From Clostridia bacterium (GTDB lineage: Bacteria; Bacillota; Clostridia; Acetivibrionales; JBAZRJ01), in NCBI GenBank assembly GCA_041662985.1, contig JBAZRJ010000003.1, positions 3,793 through 67,792 of the forward strand: DNA of 64,000 nt, written 5' to 3'. The notes beneath the pieces were generated by a model, which was not told the DNA's origin, did no database searches, and saw nothing but the letters and a program-made list of their open reading frames with translations. This document shows positions 28,299 to 37,623 of the stretch, piece after piece. Position 1 is the first letter of the stretch; the number at the start of each line of letters is the position of its first letter. The position numbers were made by a program, and so were the translations under genes.

Positions 28299-29639
28299 AT
28301 GAAAAACCATTTGCGCGAACTCGGAGTCGAAATTCCTAAAATTATGCTTCCAAACAAAACAGTCAATATGGAGAAATGGTCTGTTGTCGCATGTGATCAG
28401 TATACTTCCCAGCCTGAATACTGGAGTGCTGTGGCAAATTTTGTCGGAAACAGCAGCTCAACCCTAAAAATGATATTGCCTGAAATTTACCTTGGGGATA
28501 ACAACGATTCAAGAATTGAAAACATAAATCGCACAATGAAACAATATATTGACGGAAATGTGCTTGTTTCACAGGATTCGGGATTCATACTGGTTGAACG
28601 CAAAACATCGAATTGTCCGTCGAGAAAAGGCCTGATATTGGCGCTTGACCTCGAGAAATATGATTACAGCGAAGATTCCCAAACTTTAATCAGAGCGACA
28701 GAAGGCACAGTCTTAGACAGGCTTCCGCCAAGAGTCAAAATTCGTGAAAATGCGCTTTTGGAAATCCCTCATATCACAATTCTGATCGATGACCCCGGAA
28801 AAACTGTTATTGAACCTTTGTTTAAGAAGGTTTCGACCTTTGAAAAGCTTTATGACTTCGATTTAATGATGGAAGGCGGACATATCAGAGGCTATCTGGT
28901 TGATGACATCGAATCCGTCTCATCTGTTTTTGGTGCTTTGGACAAACTTATCGATAAGGATGTTTTTAAATCCAGGTACGGTGCGGGAGAAGATAAAGAA
29001 ATTCTCCTTTTTGCTGTTGGTGACGGAAACCACTCTCTCGCAGCAGCGAAAGTATGCTGGGAGAATATAAAGAAAACCCTTTCAGATTGTGAAAAGAGTG
29101 AACATCCGGCACGCTATGCACTTGTTGAGGTTCAAAACATTCATGATGATTTTTTAAATTTCGAACCTATTTTCAGAGTTGCTTTCAATATTGATGAAAA
29201 GGATATGCTTAACGCACTCGAGGACTTTTTTAAAAACAAACCTGTGCTGTATTCTGAAAAATCTTCTGTTGAAGATGCTGCAGCAGAACTCAGAAAAGAC
29301 AAAAACATCCATGTAATATCTTTTGTAATGTGCGAAAGATATGGAATTATAGTGAACAATAATCCTAAATCGACGCTTGAAGTTGCTTCATTGCAAGCTT
29401 TCCTTGATGAATATCAAAAAAGTCACACTGATATTGAAATTGATTACATTCACGGAAGAGACGTTTTGGAATCCCTCGGCGAAAAGAAAGGCAACATCGG
29501 TTTCTATACTTTACCATTAGACAAAAAGGATTTATTTAAAACAATAATTAAGGACGGAATACTTCCACGGAAAACATTTTCAATGGGAGAGGCAAGTGAA
29601 AAAAGATTTTATTTGGAATGCAGGCAAATTAAAACTTAG
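28299..29639 (+). CDS. DUF1015-family protein
   Basis: N-terminal EKWSVVACDQYTSQPEYW and mid-protein LFAVGDGNHS match my memory of DUF1015. ATG 28299 has AAAGGAA upstream. Confidence 0.7.
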   Translation: MKNHLRELGVEIPKIMLPNKTVNMEKWSVVACDQYTSQPEYWSAVANFVGNSSSTLKMILPEIYLGDNNDSRIENINRTMKQYIDGNVLVSQDSGFILVERKTSNCPSRKGLILALDLEKYDYSEDSQTLIRATEGTVLDRLPPRVKIRENALLEIPHITILIDDPGKTVIEPLFKKVSTFEKLYDFDLMMEGGHIRGYLVDDIESVSSVFGALDKLIDKDVFKSRYGAGEDKEILLFAVGDGNHSLAAAKVCWENIKKTLSDCEKSEHPARYALVEVQNIHDDFLNFEPIFRVAFNIDEKDMLNALEDFFKNKPVLYSEKSSVEDAAAELRKDKNIHVISFVMCERYGIIVNNNPKSTLEVASLQAFLDEYQKSHTDIEIDYIHGRDVLESLGEKKGNIGFYTLPLDKKDLFKTIIKDGILPRKTFSMGEASEKRFYLECRQIKT

Positions 29640-29648
29640 GAGGCAAAT

Positions 29649-29972
29649 ATGCTTGATTTCTCGTTTTCGGTAGGTAAGAAAGAAATCCACAAGGTTGAAT
29701 TTTATTTCAATCAATTCATGGGAAAAACAAATGTGAGGGTTGACGAAAAACTTATTATTGAAGACACAAGAACAATCACCAATCATTTGGCTAAAGTTTA
29801 TGAGTTTAATCTTGGAAAAGACGAAATACATATTGTAAAAATTGAACTGTCTCAAAAGCCTTTTTTCGCAGGTATGAGAGATCGCTTAGTTAAAGTTTTC
29901 GTAGACGGAGATTTGATCGAGGAATATACCGGGCGCGGTACATTCTACGAGATGTTTAAACTCAAGAAATAA
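29649..29972 (+). CDS. Hypothetical small protein (two-repeat beta-rich)
   Basis: Strong TAGGAGG SD 6 nt upstream. Internal repeat signatures: GKKEIHKVEF...GKTNVRVDEK and GKDEIHIVKIEL...VKVFVDGD. Confidence 0.6.
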   Translation: MLDFSFSVGKKEIHKVEFYFNQFMGKTNVRVDEKLIIEDTRTITNHLAKVYEFNLGKDEIHIVKIELSQKPFFAGMRDRLVKVFVDGDLIEEYTGRGTFYEMFKLKK

Positions 29973-29978
29973 TGATTT

Positions 29979-30012
29979 CGGGGACAGTTCTCAAACTCGA
30001 GAACCGACCCCG
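29979..30012 (+). terminator. Imperfect hairpin terminator after 29649..29972
   Basis: CGGGGACAGTTCTC / GAGAACCGACCCCG form a 14-bp stem with 2 mismatches, followed a few nt later by a T-rich tract. Confidence 0.5.
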
Positions 30013-30034
30013 GAATCTATTATTTCTTTTTCAT

Positions 30035-30074
30035 TATTTATTGAAAGCAACTTCTATTTATTGAAAGTAACTTC
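30035..30074. repeat. 20-bp tandem direct repeat x2
   Basis: TATTTATTGAAAGCAACTTC then TATTTATTGAAAGTAACTTC, differing at one position. Confidence 0.85.
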
Positions 30075-30104
30075 TTGCTCAGATTATTTTGTCAATTATG
30101 CTTT

Positions 30105-30392
30105 TTATTTCTGCAATTCAGCCTTTTTCTTAATGTATTCTTCGTCGTTGATTTCACCTTTAGCATAACGCTCATTCAGTATTTCAAGAGCTTTTCCCGA
30201 ATTATTTACTGAACTTTCTATTCCTCCGCAACAAGAATGATGTGTTCCGCTATGCGAATAATGTCTCATTGTCTTGATTACAAGCACAATCAGTAGAACT
30301 GCTAAAGCTATTCCAATCAAACAGAACAGTAAACCACCAAAGTGCGCAAACCTTCCGTCCATCATCCCGGGGCCGTATCTGACTAAAAACAT
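30105..30392 (-). CDS. Small membrane protein with C-terminal SHOCT domain
   Basis: Strong GGAAGGAGGGG SD and one TM helix (LLFCLIGIALAVLLIVLVI). A His/Cys-rich linker (HYSHSGTHHSCCGG) precedes a SHOCT-like tail (LEILNERYAKGEINDEEYIKKKAEL). Confidence 0.7.
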   Translation of the reverse strand: MFLVRYGPGMMDGRFAHFGGLLFCLIGIALAVLLIVLVIKTMRHYSHSGTHHSCCGGIESSVNNSGKALEILNERYAKGEINDEEYIKKKAELQK

Positions 30393-30529
30393 ATAAATCC
30401 CCTCCTTCCTTCATATATATAATTGTATTCCTAAATTGTGAAGAAATTATGAGTTTTTTATTAATGTTTTTTATTGAATACATAATTAATCAAAGTCAAT
30501 AAACTAATTTTCGAGAACCGTCCCCGCTT

Positions 30530-32134
30530 TTAAAACTTCAGCATCGATGCTTTCAGAACACCGTCTATACTTTTCAGTTCATTCAAAACTTCATCGTTTA
30601 CTTCGACATCAACGCTTACAAATGATACGGCTTTTTCGCCGCTTCTGTTTCTGCTCCATTGCATTGCGGCGATATTGATTCCTGCGTGTCCGAGGATAGT
30701 ACCTATTCCGCCGATTATGCCCGGTTTGTCTATATTCTGAATTGCAATTACGTGAGGAGTCGGTTCGAAGTCAAGCTTGTATCCAAAGAAGTCTACAATT
30801 CTTAATTCCTCTTTTGCAAATATTGTGCCTGAGACGCTCTGACATCCTTTTTTTGTGGTAAATACAACCGTAATAAGGTTCGTATATTTGTCGAGGTGAG
30901 AACTCTTGCTCTCGGTCATCTGTACGCCCATGTTTTTGAGCATAAGCTCGGCATTCACATAATTTACTTTTTCTTTAATTATTGGGTCTAAAAATCCTTT
31001 TAAAACCGAAAGTGAAATAACCCTGGTTTCAGCATCTACAAGGTCCCCGCTGTAAATAATCTCAATTTTCTGGACTGTCTCTTTCTCAGCCTGATAATAA
31101 ATCTTGCCAAGCATTTCGGCAAGAGTCAGGTAAGGTCTCAATTCTTCAATATTCTTTGCCTGCATGGAAGGCATATTGACTGCCGCAACCATTTCACCGT
31201 TCAGCGCCGCGCATACAAGTTCGGTAATCTTAGTCCCCACATTGAAATTCGCTTCATCGGTTGACGCGCCAAGATGCGGAGTTATTAGTACATTGTCAAG
31301 ATCAAGCAAAGGATTGACAAAATCCTGATCCTCAGGTTTTTTATCATAGCTTGGCTCAGGATCCAAAACATCAAGCGCCGCTGCAGCAACCTGCCCTGAA
31401 ACAATAGCGTCGTACAATGCTTTTTCATTCACAAGCCCGCCTCTTGCTGCATTTACTATTCTGACGCCTTTCCTGCAAATCTTTAACTCCTTTTCACCAA
31501 TCATTCCGTAAGTCTCTGCCGTCTTTGGCGTATGCAGTGTTATTAAATCAGACTGTTTCAAAAGCTCTTCAAGTGTTTCGCATTTTTCGACTCCAATCTG
31601 AGTGAATCTTTCATCCGTAATATATGGATCGTACGCAATTACTCTCATATTAACGCCCATTAATTTCCTGGCAACAATAGAGCCGATTCTGCCAAGACCG
31701 ATAATTCCGGCAGTTTTTTCGTCAAGCTCATTTCCTATAAATTTATTTCTTCTGAAATCTTTATTCTTAACTGCCAGATAAACCTTGGAAATATTTCTGA
31801 ATATCGCAAAGGCAAGAGCTACCGCAAGCTCGCCGGCTGCCATAATATTGCTCTCAGGTGTGTTGACAACAATAATTCCCCTTTGTGTGCAACCCTTTAC
31901 GTCTATATTGTCAATACCGTTTCCGGCACGGCCTGCGACCTTAAGTGATGCAGCTCTTTGCAGCAGCTCTTCGTTCACTTTGGTAACGCTTCTCACTATA
32001 ATTGCATCATATCCTCCGATTATTTCAAGAAGCTCTTCTCTCGGAAGACCATATTTTGTGTCAACTTCAAATCCATTTTCCCTTAGATATTCAATTCCCT
32101 CTTCTGCAATTCTTTCCGTAACGATAATTTTCAT
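30530..32134 (-). CDS. serA: D-3-phosphoglycerate dehydrogenase (long form with ASB and ACT domains)
   Basis: NAD site GIIGLGRIGS, the catalytic region TPHLGAST, and a C-terminal ACT-like segment (NIDKPGIIGGIGTILG). Start set at ATG 32134 (MKIIVTE). Confidence 0.9.
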   Translation of the reverse strand: MKIIVTERIAEEGIEYLRENGFEVDTKYGLPREELLEIIGGYDAIIVRSVTKVNEELLQRAASLKVAGRAGNGIDNIDVKGCTQRGIIVVNTPESNIMAAGELAVALAFAIFRNISKVYLAVKNKDFRRNKFIGNELDEKTAGIIGLGRIGSIVARKLMGVNMRVIAYDPYITDERFTQIGVEKCETLEELLKQSDLITLHTPKTAETYGMIGEKELKICRKGVRIVNAARGGLVNEKALYDAIVSGQVAAAALDVLDPEPSYDKKPEDQDFVNPLLDLDNVLITPHLGASTDEANFNVGTKITELVCAALNGEMVAAVNMPSMQAKNIEELRPYLTLAEMLGKIYYQAEKETVQKIEIIYSGDLVDAETRVISLSVLKGFLDPIIKEKVNYVNAELMLKNMGVQMTESKSSHLDKYTNLITVVFTTKKGCQSVSGTIFAKEELRIVDFFGYKLDFEPTPHVIAIQNIDKPGIIGGIGTILGHAGINIAAMQWSRNRSGEKAVSFVSVDVEVNDEVLNELKSIDGVLKASMLKF

Positions 32135-32165
32135 GTAAATTCCCCTTCCAAAGCCATCAGTATTA

Positions 32166-33236
32166 TTATATACCAAGAATCCCGTCAATAACCGACAAGA
32201 GCTCTTTTATTTCATCAATCTGCATGTCCGCCATATGTGCAATCCTGAAGGTTATATTTTTATAATCTCCGTATCCGTTTGAAATCATGTATCCTTTTTC
32301 TCCGAGTTTTTTGTTCAATTCCTGAACATCTATGTTTCTTGTGTTGCTAATTGCCGTAACTGTATTTGATAAATACTTTTCGTCAGCAAATAATTCAAAT
32401 TTCTCTCTCGCCCACCCGCGGACACAATCCGCCATATCCAAATGGCGTTTGAACCTGTTTTCAAGACCTTCCTCAAGTATCCTGTCAAGCTGATAATCAA
32501 GTGCGAACATATGCGACAGCGAAGGAGTCGAAGGATACTGATAATCCTTTTTCTGAATACAATTATATAAATCAAGCAAGTCGAGGTACAAACCTCTGAA
32601 CTCGACATTTTTTGCCGCTTCTACTGCCTTTTGAGAAATCGAACAAATTGACATTCCCGGAGGCAGTCCAAGACATTTCTGTGTCGAAGTGATGCAGACA
32701 TCAACTCCAAGCCTGTCAACCTCAATCTTTGTTCCTCCCATGGAACTTACTGTATCCATGCACCAGACAACATGTGGATATTTCTTAATTACCTCTGCTA
32801 TTTCATCCATAGGATTCATTACACCTGAAGATGTTTCATTGTGTGTTATTGTTATAACGTCATATTTTTCTGTTTTCAACACTTCGTCAACCATTGCAGG
32901 TATTGTTGCGTGACCTGCTTCCGAAGTAAACTTATCTGCCGGCACATTGTTTGCGACAGCCATCCTGTACCATCTTTCTCCGAATGCTCCGACTGAAAAA
33001 ACCGCTGCTCTTTTTTGTGTGCATGAACGAATCGCACCTTCCATCAAGCCGCTGCCCGATGAAGTCGATAAAATTATTTCATTGTTTGTATACATGACCT
33101 TTCTCATTTTATCCGAAATGGTTCTCTGTAAATTTGAAGCATCCTTTGAACGATGGCTTATCATTGGCGTTGCCATCTTTTCCAAAACATCCTGTCTGAC
33201 TTCAACGGGTCCCGGTATAAATAATTTCTTGTGCAT
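32166..33236 (-). CDS. Class-V aminotransferase (AGXT/serine-pyruvate family; probable alternative-type phosphoserine aminotransferase)
   Basis: LFIPGPVEV N-terminus and the PLP-lysine region TSTQKCLGLPPG. It forms an operon with serA. ATG 33236 is preceded by GGAGGA. Confidence 0.8.
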   Translation of the reverse strand: MHKKLFIPGPVEVRQDVLEKMATPMISHRSKDASNLQRTISDKMRKVMYTNNEIILSTSSGSGLMEGAIRSCTQKRAAVFSVGAFGERWYRMAVANNVPADKFTSEAGHATIPAMVDEVLKTEKYDVITITHNETSSGVMNPMDEIAEVIKKYPHVVWCMDTVSSMGGTKIEVDRLGVDVCITSTQKCLGLPPGMSICSISQKAVEAAKNVEFRGLYLDLLDLYNCIQKKDYQYPSTPSLSHMFALDYQLDRILEEGLENRFKRHLDMADCVRGWAREKFELFADEKYLSNTVTAISNTRNIDVQELNKKLGEKGYMISNGYGDYKNITFRIAHMADMQIDEIKELLSVIDGILGI

Positions 33237-33299
33237 TTTATCCTCCATTCCAATAAATAAAGGTCAAACCATTAAACTGATTTGACCTCCGAAAACACC

Positions 33300-33337
33300 A
33301 AAAACGCAAGTGCTCTTTCGAACACTAACCCTTGCGT
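33300..33337 (-). terminator. Expression-platform terminator of the glycine riboswitch
   Basis: Minus strand: ACGCAAG...CTTGCGT stem (33337-33331 / 33310-33304) followed by TTTTT. Confidence 0.7.
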
Positions 33338-33340
33338 ATA

Positions 33341-33482
33341 CTCTGTCCTTTTGCCTGAGAGATTATTCCCCTTCGGCGCCATTTTGGTCTCTCCAGAGAT
33401 CCGTCATGATGAAGTCTTTTATACCTGAGAGTGCTACTCCTTCGGTGAATTTCCGGAAATCGAAAATTTCTCTCCCTCATCA
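33341..33482 (-). ncRNA. Tandem glycine riboswitch (two aptamers)
   Basis: Aptamer 1 (33482-33407): UGAUGAGGGAGAG...CACCGAAGGAGUAGCACUCUCAGGUAUAAAAGACUUCAUCA. Aptamer 2 (33398-33341): CUCUGGAGAGACC...GGCGCCGAAGGGGAAUAAUCUCUCAGGCAAAAGGACAGAG. Both carry the GGAGAG / CCGAAGG / CUCAGG..AAAGGAC glycine-aptamer signature. Confidence 0.85.
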
Positions 33483-33522
33483 GTCATCCGTCTATATTTA
33501 CTTTAAAGTTAATTTTGATATA

Positions 33523-33551
33523 ATTATAAATATTCGAATAAAACATGTCAA
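33523..33551 (-). promoter_or_regulatory. Consensus sigma-A promoter driving the riboswitch leader
   Basis: Minus strand: TTGACA (33551-33546), a 17-nt spacer, then TATAAT (33528-33523). Confidence 0.7.
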
Positions 33552-33572
33552 GTATTTTTTGGAGGAATGACA

Positions 33573-34295
33573 ATGGATGAAGCGCTGAAAATCATTGATT
33601 TAGAGAAATCTTACGGAAATCTGCACGCACTCAAAGGAATTAGTTTTGATGTCAAGCCAAACGAAGTTTTTGCTCTTATTGGTCCAAATGGTGCAGGTAA
33701 AACAACGACCTTAAGAATCATCGCAACAATTCTCAAACCGTCCTCGGGAAGTGCCCGAATATATGGGTTTGATGCAAATAAGGAAGCTGAAAAAGTGAGG
33801 AAGATAATCAGTTACCTTCCCGAAGAGGCAGGTGCCTATAAAAATCTCAAAGGCATCGACTATCTGAATTTCATGGCTTCGTTGTTTGCTCCCGACAAAA
33901 AGTCACATGATGAATATATTGAAATCGCAAGAGAAGTCTCCGGTTTGGGAGTTCGTTTAAGCGACAAAGTTTCCACATACAGTAAAGGTATGACACGCAA
34001 GCTGCTTTTGGCGCGTGCGATTATGACAAAACCAAAACTTGCAATTCTTGATGAGCCGACAAGCGGTCTCGATGTAATAAATGCTCTTGAAATCAGGCGC
34101 ACAATCAAAGAATTCGCAAGCCGGGGGATGGCAGTTTTGGTTTCCAGCCACAACATGCTTGAAATAGAATTTTTATCCGATAGAGTCGCTATAATTGACA
34201 ACGGTAAAATTCATGCTGTCGGAACTCCTTCCGAATTGAAAAAAACCTACAATGCGGCAAACCTTGAAGAAGTTTTTGTGGAGGTGGTAAAATGA
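33573..34295 (+). CDS. ABC transporter ATP-binding protein (ABC-2 subfamily)
   Basis: Walker A GPNGAGKTT, signature YSKGMTRKL, and Walker B LAILDEPTSGLD. The second ATG is preferred because of its spacing from GGAGGA. Confidence 0.9.
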   Translation: MDEALKIIDLEKSYGNLHALKGISFDVKPNEVFALIGPNGAGKTTTLRIIATILKPSSGSARIYGFDANKEAEKVRKIISYLPEEAGAYKNLKGIDYLNFMASLFAPDKKSHDEYIEIAREVSGLGVRLSDKVSTYSKGMTRKLLLARAIMTKPKLAILDEPTSGLDVINALEIRRTIKEFASRGMAVLVSSHNMLEIEFLSDRVAIIDNGKIHAVGTPSELKKTYNAANLEEVFVEVVK

Positions 34296-35581
34296 GAAAA
34301 TTCAATACGCTTATAAAAAAGGAACTCAAAGAATTGCTGACTCTTCAAATGCTTATTCCCATGATTGTCGGGGTTATGTTTTTCGTATTTATCGGCAATG
34401 TCATGGGAAATGAATCCAAGAAAATCAATGCTCCCCAGACCATTCTTGTTCTGGATAACGATAATTCGGTATCCTCACGGTCAGTTATAGGCGAGCTTAC
34501 AGAAAACAATTTTAAAACCACTACGTTTACCGATTCTAAAATTAATATTGTTACGAATTTAGCCAAAGAAAAAAACATTTCCACAGTTATATCCATACCA
34601 AAAGGGTTCGAGGCAAATCTTGCAAAACTTAAACCCCAAAAGATAGAAACATACTCAATTATCAACAACTTTTCATTAATGTCCACAAAAAATTCAGCGG
34701 TTATCAGTGAAATATTGAAATCCGTCAATGATTTTGTCAGCAACAGTATTATTTCGAAGGAGTTGCCGGGTGTCAAACCTGAAAACATCAAGAATCCAAT
34801 TGTTAAAAGTGACCATGTCATCATCGGGAATAATACTGCAAATGTAAGTGCAGACCAGATTTCCGGTTTTATTCTATCGCAGTCAATTTTTATACCGATA
34901 GTTATGTTTATTATCATCATGTTTTCCGCTCAAATGATTGCAGTTTCAGTCGCATCGGAAAAAGAAAACAAAACGCTTGAAACACTCCTCAGCACACCGG
35001 TTAACAGAACATCTCTCGTTTCGGCAAAAATGATTGCTGCGGGACTGGTTTCTCTGCTCATGGCGGCCGTTTATATGTTTGGTTTCAAATACTATATCGG
35101 CGGGATTACAGGAGTTTCAGGTTCTCAGCCTACCCTTGCCTCTTCGGCAATCAACCAATTGGGTTTGGCGCTTGATACAAAAGGTTATATTCTGCTCGGG
35201 CTCTCCCTTTTCTTCAGCATTCTGGTAGCACTTGCGCTGGCTACAATTCTCGGAGCATTCGCCGAGGATGTAAAAAAGGTTCAGGGATTGATTTTACCAA
35301 TCACATTTTTAATTATGATACCATACATACTCACAATGTTCCTTGATATTAATTCAACCTCAACTTTGATTAAGATTATTGTTTACTTAATACCGTTTTC
35401 TCACCCGTTCCTGGCATCGCCGAACCTTCTCCTGCATAATTACAGTGCGGTGATTTATGGAATTATTTATCAGGCAGTTGTTTTCGGCATCCTTGTAATT
35501 ATCGCCGGAAGAATTTTCTCGACTGACAGAATTCTTACAATGAAGTTAAGCTTTAAAAAGAAATCATTATTTTCGAGATAA
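34292..35581 (+). CDS. ABC-2 type transporter permease with large extracytoplasmic loop
   Basis: ATGA overlap with the ATPase gene. An N-terminal TM helix is followed by a ~150-aa loop and five C-terminal TM helices, a NatB-like architecture. Confidence 0.8.
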   Translation: MRKFNTLIKKELKELLTLQMLIPMIVGVMFFVFIGNVMGNESKKINAPQTILVLDNDNSVSSRSVIGELTENNFKTTTFTDSKINIVTNLAKEKNISTVISIPKGFEANLAKLKPQKIETYSIINNFSLMSTKNSAVISEILKSVNDFVSNSIISKELPGVKPENIKNPIVKSDHVIIGNNTANVSADQISGFILSQSIFIPIVMFIIIMFSAQMIAVSVASEKENKTLETLLSTPVNRTSLVSAKMIAAGLVSLLMAAVYMFGFKYYIGGITGVSGSQPTLASSAINQLGLALDTKGYILLGLSLFFSILVALALATILGAFAEDVKKVQGLILPITFLIMIPYILTMFLDINSTSTLIKIIVYLIPFSHPFLASPNLLLHNYSAVIYGIIYQAVVFGILVIIAGRIFSTDRILTMKLSFKKKSLFSR

Positions 35582-35629
35582 TATTGTCAGAGCTGTTAAA
35601 TAGTCGACAGAACAAGATTGGAACACTTA

Positions 35630-35658
35630 ACACACTTTCGATTTCAGGAAATGTGTGT
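35630..35658 (+). other. Hairpin / inverted repeat upstream of the P-type ATPase gene
   Basis: ACACACTTTC-GATTTCAG-GAAATGTGTGT forms a 10-bp stem with one bulge. No U-tract follows. Confidence 0.5.
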
Positions 35659-35733
35659 ATGCATCATCGCCTATCTTATCTGTGTGAATCAGTCAGCAGT
35701 TTCTTACCGGCAGGCAAGCATAAGGAGTTTTTT

Positions 35734-37623
35734 ATGAGAATTAATCAAATCGCAATAGGAAAAATTGAAATAGATTCCGGAATTTCAAAGCAAATACTTA
35801 TAATTGTTTCAGGCACGGTATTTTTTTTGACAGGGCTTCTTCTAAACGCACCTGTCTGGGCTGAATTCAGTTTATTTGCAATCGGTTATTTAATGTGCGG
35901 TGCGGATGTATTAATCAATGCGGGAAAAAACTTAATAAAAGGCAAGTTCTTTGACGAAAACTTTTTAATGGCCCTTGCTACAATCTGTGCTTTTGTAATC
36001 GGTGAGTTTCCCGAAGCGGTTGCAGTTATGCTGTTTTACAAATTAGGTCAGTTAATGGAGGATGTCACAGTAAGCAAATCCAGAAAATCAATCGCCTCTT
36101 TGATTGACATTCGCCCTGATTTTGCAAGACTGGTTACCGATAAGAAATCTATAGAAGTATCTCCTGAGAGCATTAATATTGGCGACATAATAATGGTAAA
36201 ACCCGGAGAAAGAATACCTTTAGACGGCCGAGTAATTTCAGGTTCCTCATCAGTTGACACAAAATCTTTAACCGGTGAATCAATGCCGAGAGATATTTTT
36301 GAAAACGATGAAACTCTAAGCGGTTTCGTAAATTTAAGCGGTGTTCTAACTATTAGGGTAACAAAAAGTTTCGGTGAGTCGACCGTGTCCAAAATACTCG
36401 ACCTTGTTCAAAACGCTTCTTCGAAAAAGGCGCCGACCGAAAAATTCATAACGAAATTTGCAAAAGTATATACACCGGTTGTGGTTCTGTTGGCAATTTT
36501 AACAGCCGTTTTGCCCCCTCTGTTTACAGGTAATATGGATTTCCTGTTTTGGGTTAAAAGAGCGCTTATATTTCTCGTGATATCATGTCCGTGCGCACTT
36601 GTCATATCTGTTCCAATGGGTTATTTTGGCGGTATCGGAGGTGCTTCGGCAAATGGAATCCTTATAAAAGGAAGTAATTATCTGGATGCCTTAAACAATA
36701 TCGGCACAATTATTTTTGATAAAACGGGAACACTCACCAAGGGAATTTTCAAGGTCGTTGATATTGTTCCATATAACAAGTACTCAAAGGAACAAATACT
36801 TGAATATGCTGCTTTTGCCGAGTCAAATTCAAATCATCCTATTGCCAGAATGATAGTGAAGGAATACGGTAAGGAAATCTTACCCGGCACAATAAGCAAA
36901 TACGAGGAATTATCAGGTTTTGGGATAAGAGCGACAGCCAACGGTATTGAAATTCTTGCAGGAAATGACAGGCTGCTTCATAAATGCGATGATATAGAAC
37001 ACGATACTTGCGATGTTGAAGGAACGGTAATTCATGTTACCGCAGATAAAAATTATCTCGGATATATACTGATCTCAGACGAGCTTAAGGCGGATTCAAT
37101 AAGTACAATCTCGAAACTAAAAAAAATTGGCATAAAAAGAATTGCAATGCTCACGGGAGACAGCGAATTGACTGCAAGTATAATGGCCGGTAAACTTGGC
37201 ATTCATGAATATTATTCCGAACTTTTGCCTGATGAGAAGGTAAAGAAGCTCGGTGAAATCAATTTATCAAAATCAAATAAAAATATATTGTTTGTTGGAG
37301 ATGGAATAAACGACGCCCCTGCCCTAGCCATTGCAGATATCGGTATCGCCATGGGCGGTTTGGGTTCAGACGCAGCTATTGAGGCGGCAGATATTCTCCT
37401 GATGACCGATGAGCCTTCAAAAATTGTCGATGCCATAAAAATTGCCCGTAAAACGAGGAAAATTGTTTTACAGAACATCATATTTGCATTGGGTGTGAAA
37501 TTAATAATAATGGGTCTTGGAACTCTGGGTTTTGCTCAAATGTGGGAGGCAGTCTTTGCAGATGTAGGTGTTACTGTCATTGCGGTTATTAATTCACTGC
37601 GCGCAATGAATAAACCGAAATAA
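35734..37623 (+). CDS. Heavy-metal translocating P1B-type ATPase (Cd/Zn/Co-like), no N-terminal HMA domain
   Basis: SCPCALV (CPC) in the TM region, the phosphorylation site FDKTGTLT, TGES, the HP motif SNHPIA, and the hinge GDGINDAPAL. ATG 35734 has an AAGGAG SD. The upstream part of the ORF-track call has no SD and no ATPase homology. Confidence 0.9.
   Translation: MRINQIAIGKIEIDSGISKQILIIVSGTVFFLTGLLLNAPVWAEFSLFAIGYLMCGADVLINAGKNLIKGKFFDENFLMALATICAFVIGEFPEAVAVMLFYKLGQLMEDVTVSKSRKSIASLIDIRPDFARLVTDKKSIEVSPESINIGDIIMVKPGERIPLDGRVISGSSSVDTKSLTGESMPRDIFENDETLSGFVNLSGVLTIRVTKSFGESTVSKILDLVQNASSKKAPTEKFITKFAKVYTPVVVLLAILTAVLPPLFTGNMDFLFWVKRALIFLVISCPCALVISVPMGYFGGIGGASANGILIKGSNYLDALNNIGTIIFDKTGTLTKGIFKVVDIVPYNKYSKEQILEYAAFAESNSNHPIARMIVKEYGKEILPGTISKYEELSGFGIRATANGIEILAGNDRLLHKCDDIEHDTCDVEGTVIHVTADKNYLGYILISDELKADSISTISKLKKIGIKRIAMLTGDSELTASIMAGKLGIHEYYSELLPDEKVKKLGEINLSKSNKNILFVGDGINDAPALAIADIGIAMGGLGSDAAIEAADILLMTDEPSKIVDAIKIARKTRKIVLQNIIFALGVKLIIMGLGTLGFAQMWEAVFADVGVTVIAVINSLRAMNKPK

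Noticed and set aside
30250-30483. 77-aa minus-strand ORF overlapping the SHOCT gene.
   Set aside because: It is in a different frame of the same strand as the SD-supported 95-aa SHOCT protein. It has no SD and no features.
29979-30526. Dispersed motif GGGGAC(A/G)GTTCTC(G)A near gene ends: both arms of the hairpin at 29979-30012, 30512-30526, and GACGGTTCTCGA at 48651-48662.
   Set aside because: The shared core is only 10-12 nt. In 64 kb read on both strands, hundreds of 12-mer coincidences are expected by chance, so with three loci I cannot call it a repeat family. A whole-genome count would settle it.
33310-33570. 86-aa plus-strand ORF in the serA-operon / ABC-operon intergenic region.
   Set aside because: It overlaps the glycine riboswitch and its terminator on the opposite strand, has no SD, and has no recognisable protein features.
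35660-35733. Possible NiCo (czcD) riboswitch upstream of the P-type ATPase, because of ...GUGUGAAUCAG...CCGGCAGGCAAGCA.
   Set aside because: Only a few short strings resemble what I remember of the consensus. I cannot draw the four-way junction or a closing P1 helix. An Rfam scan is needed before any claim.
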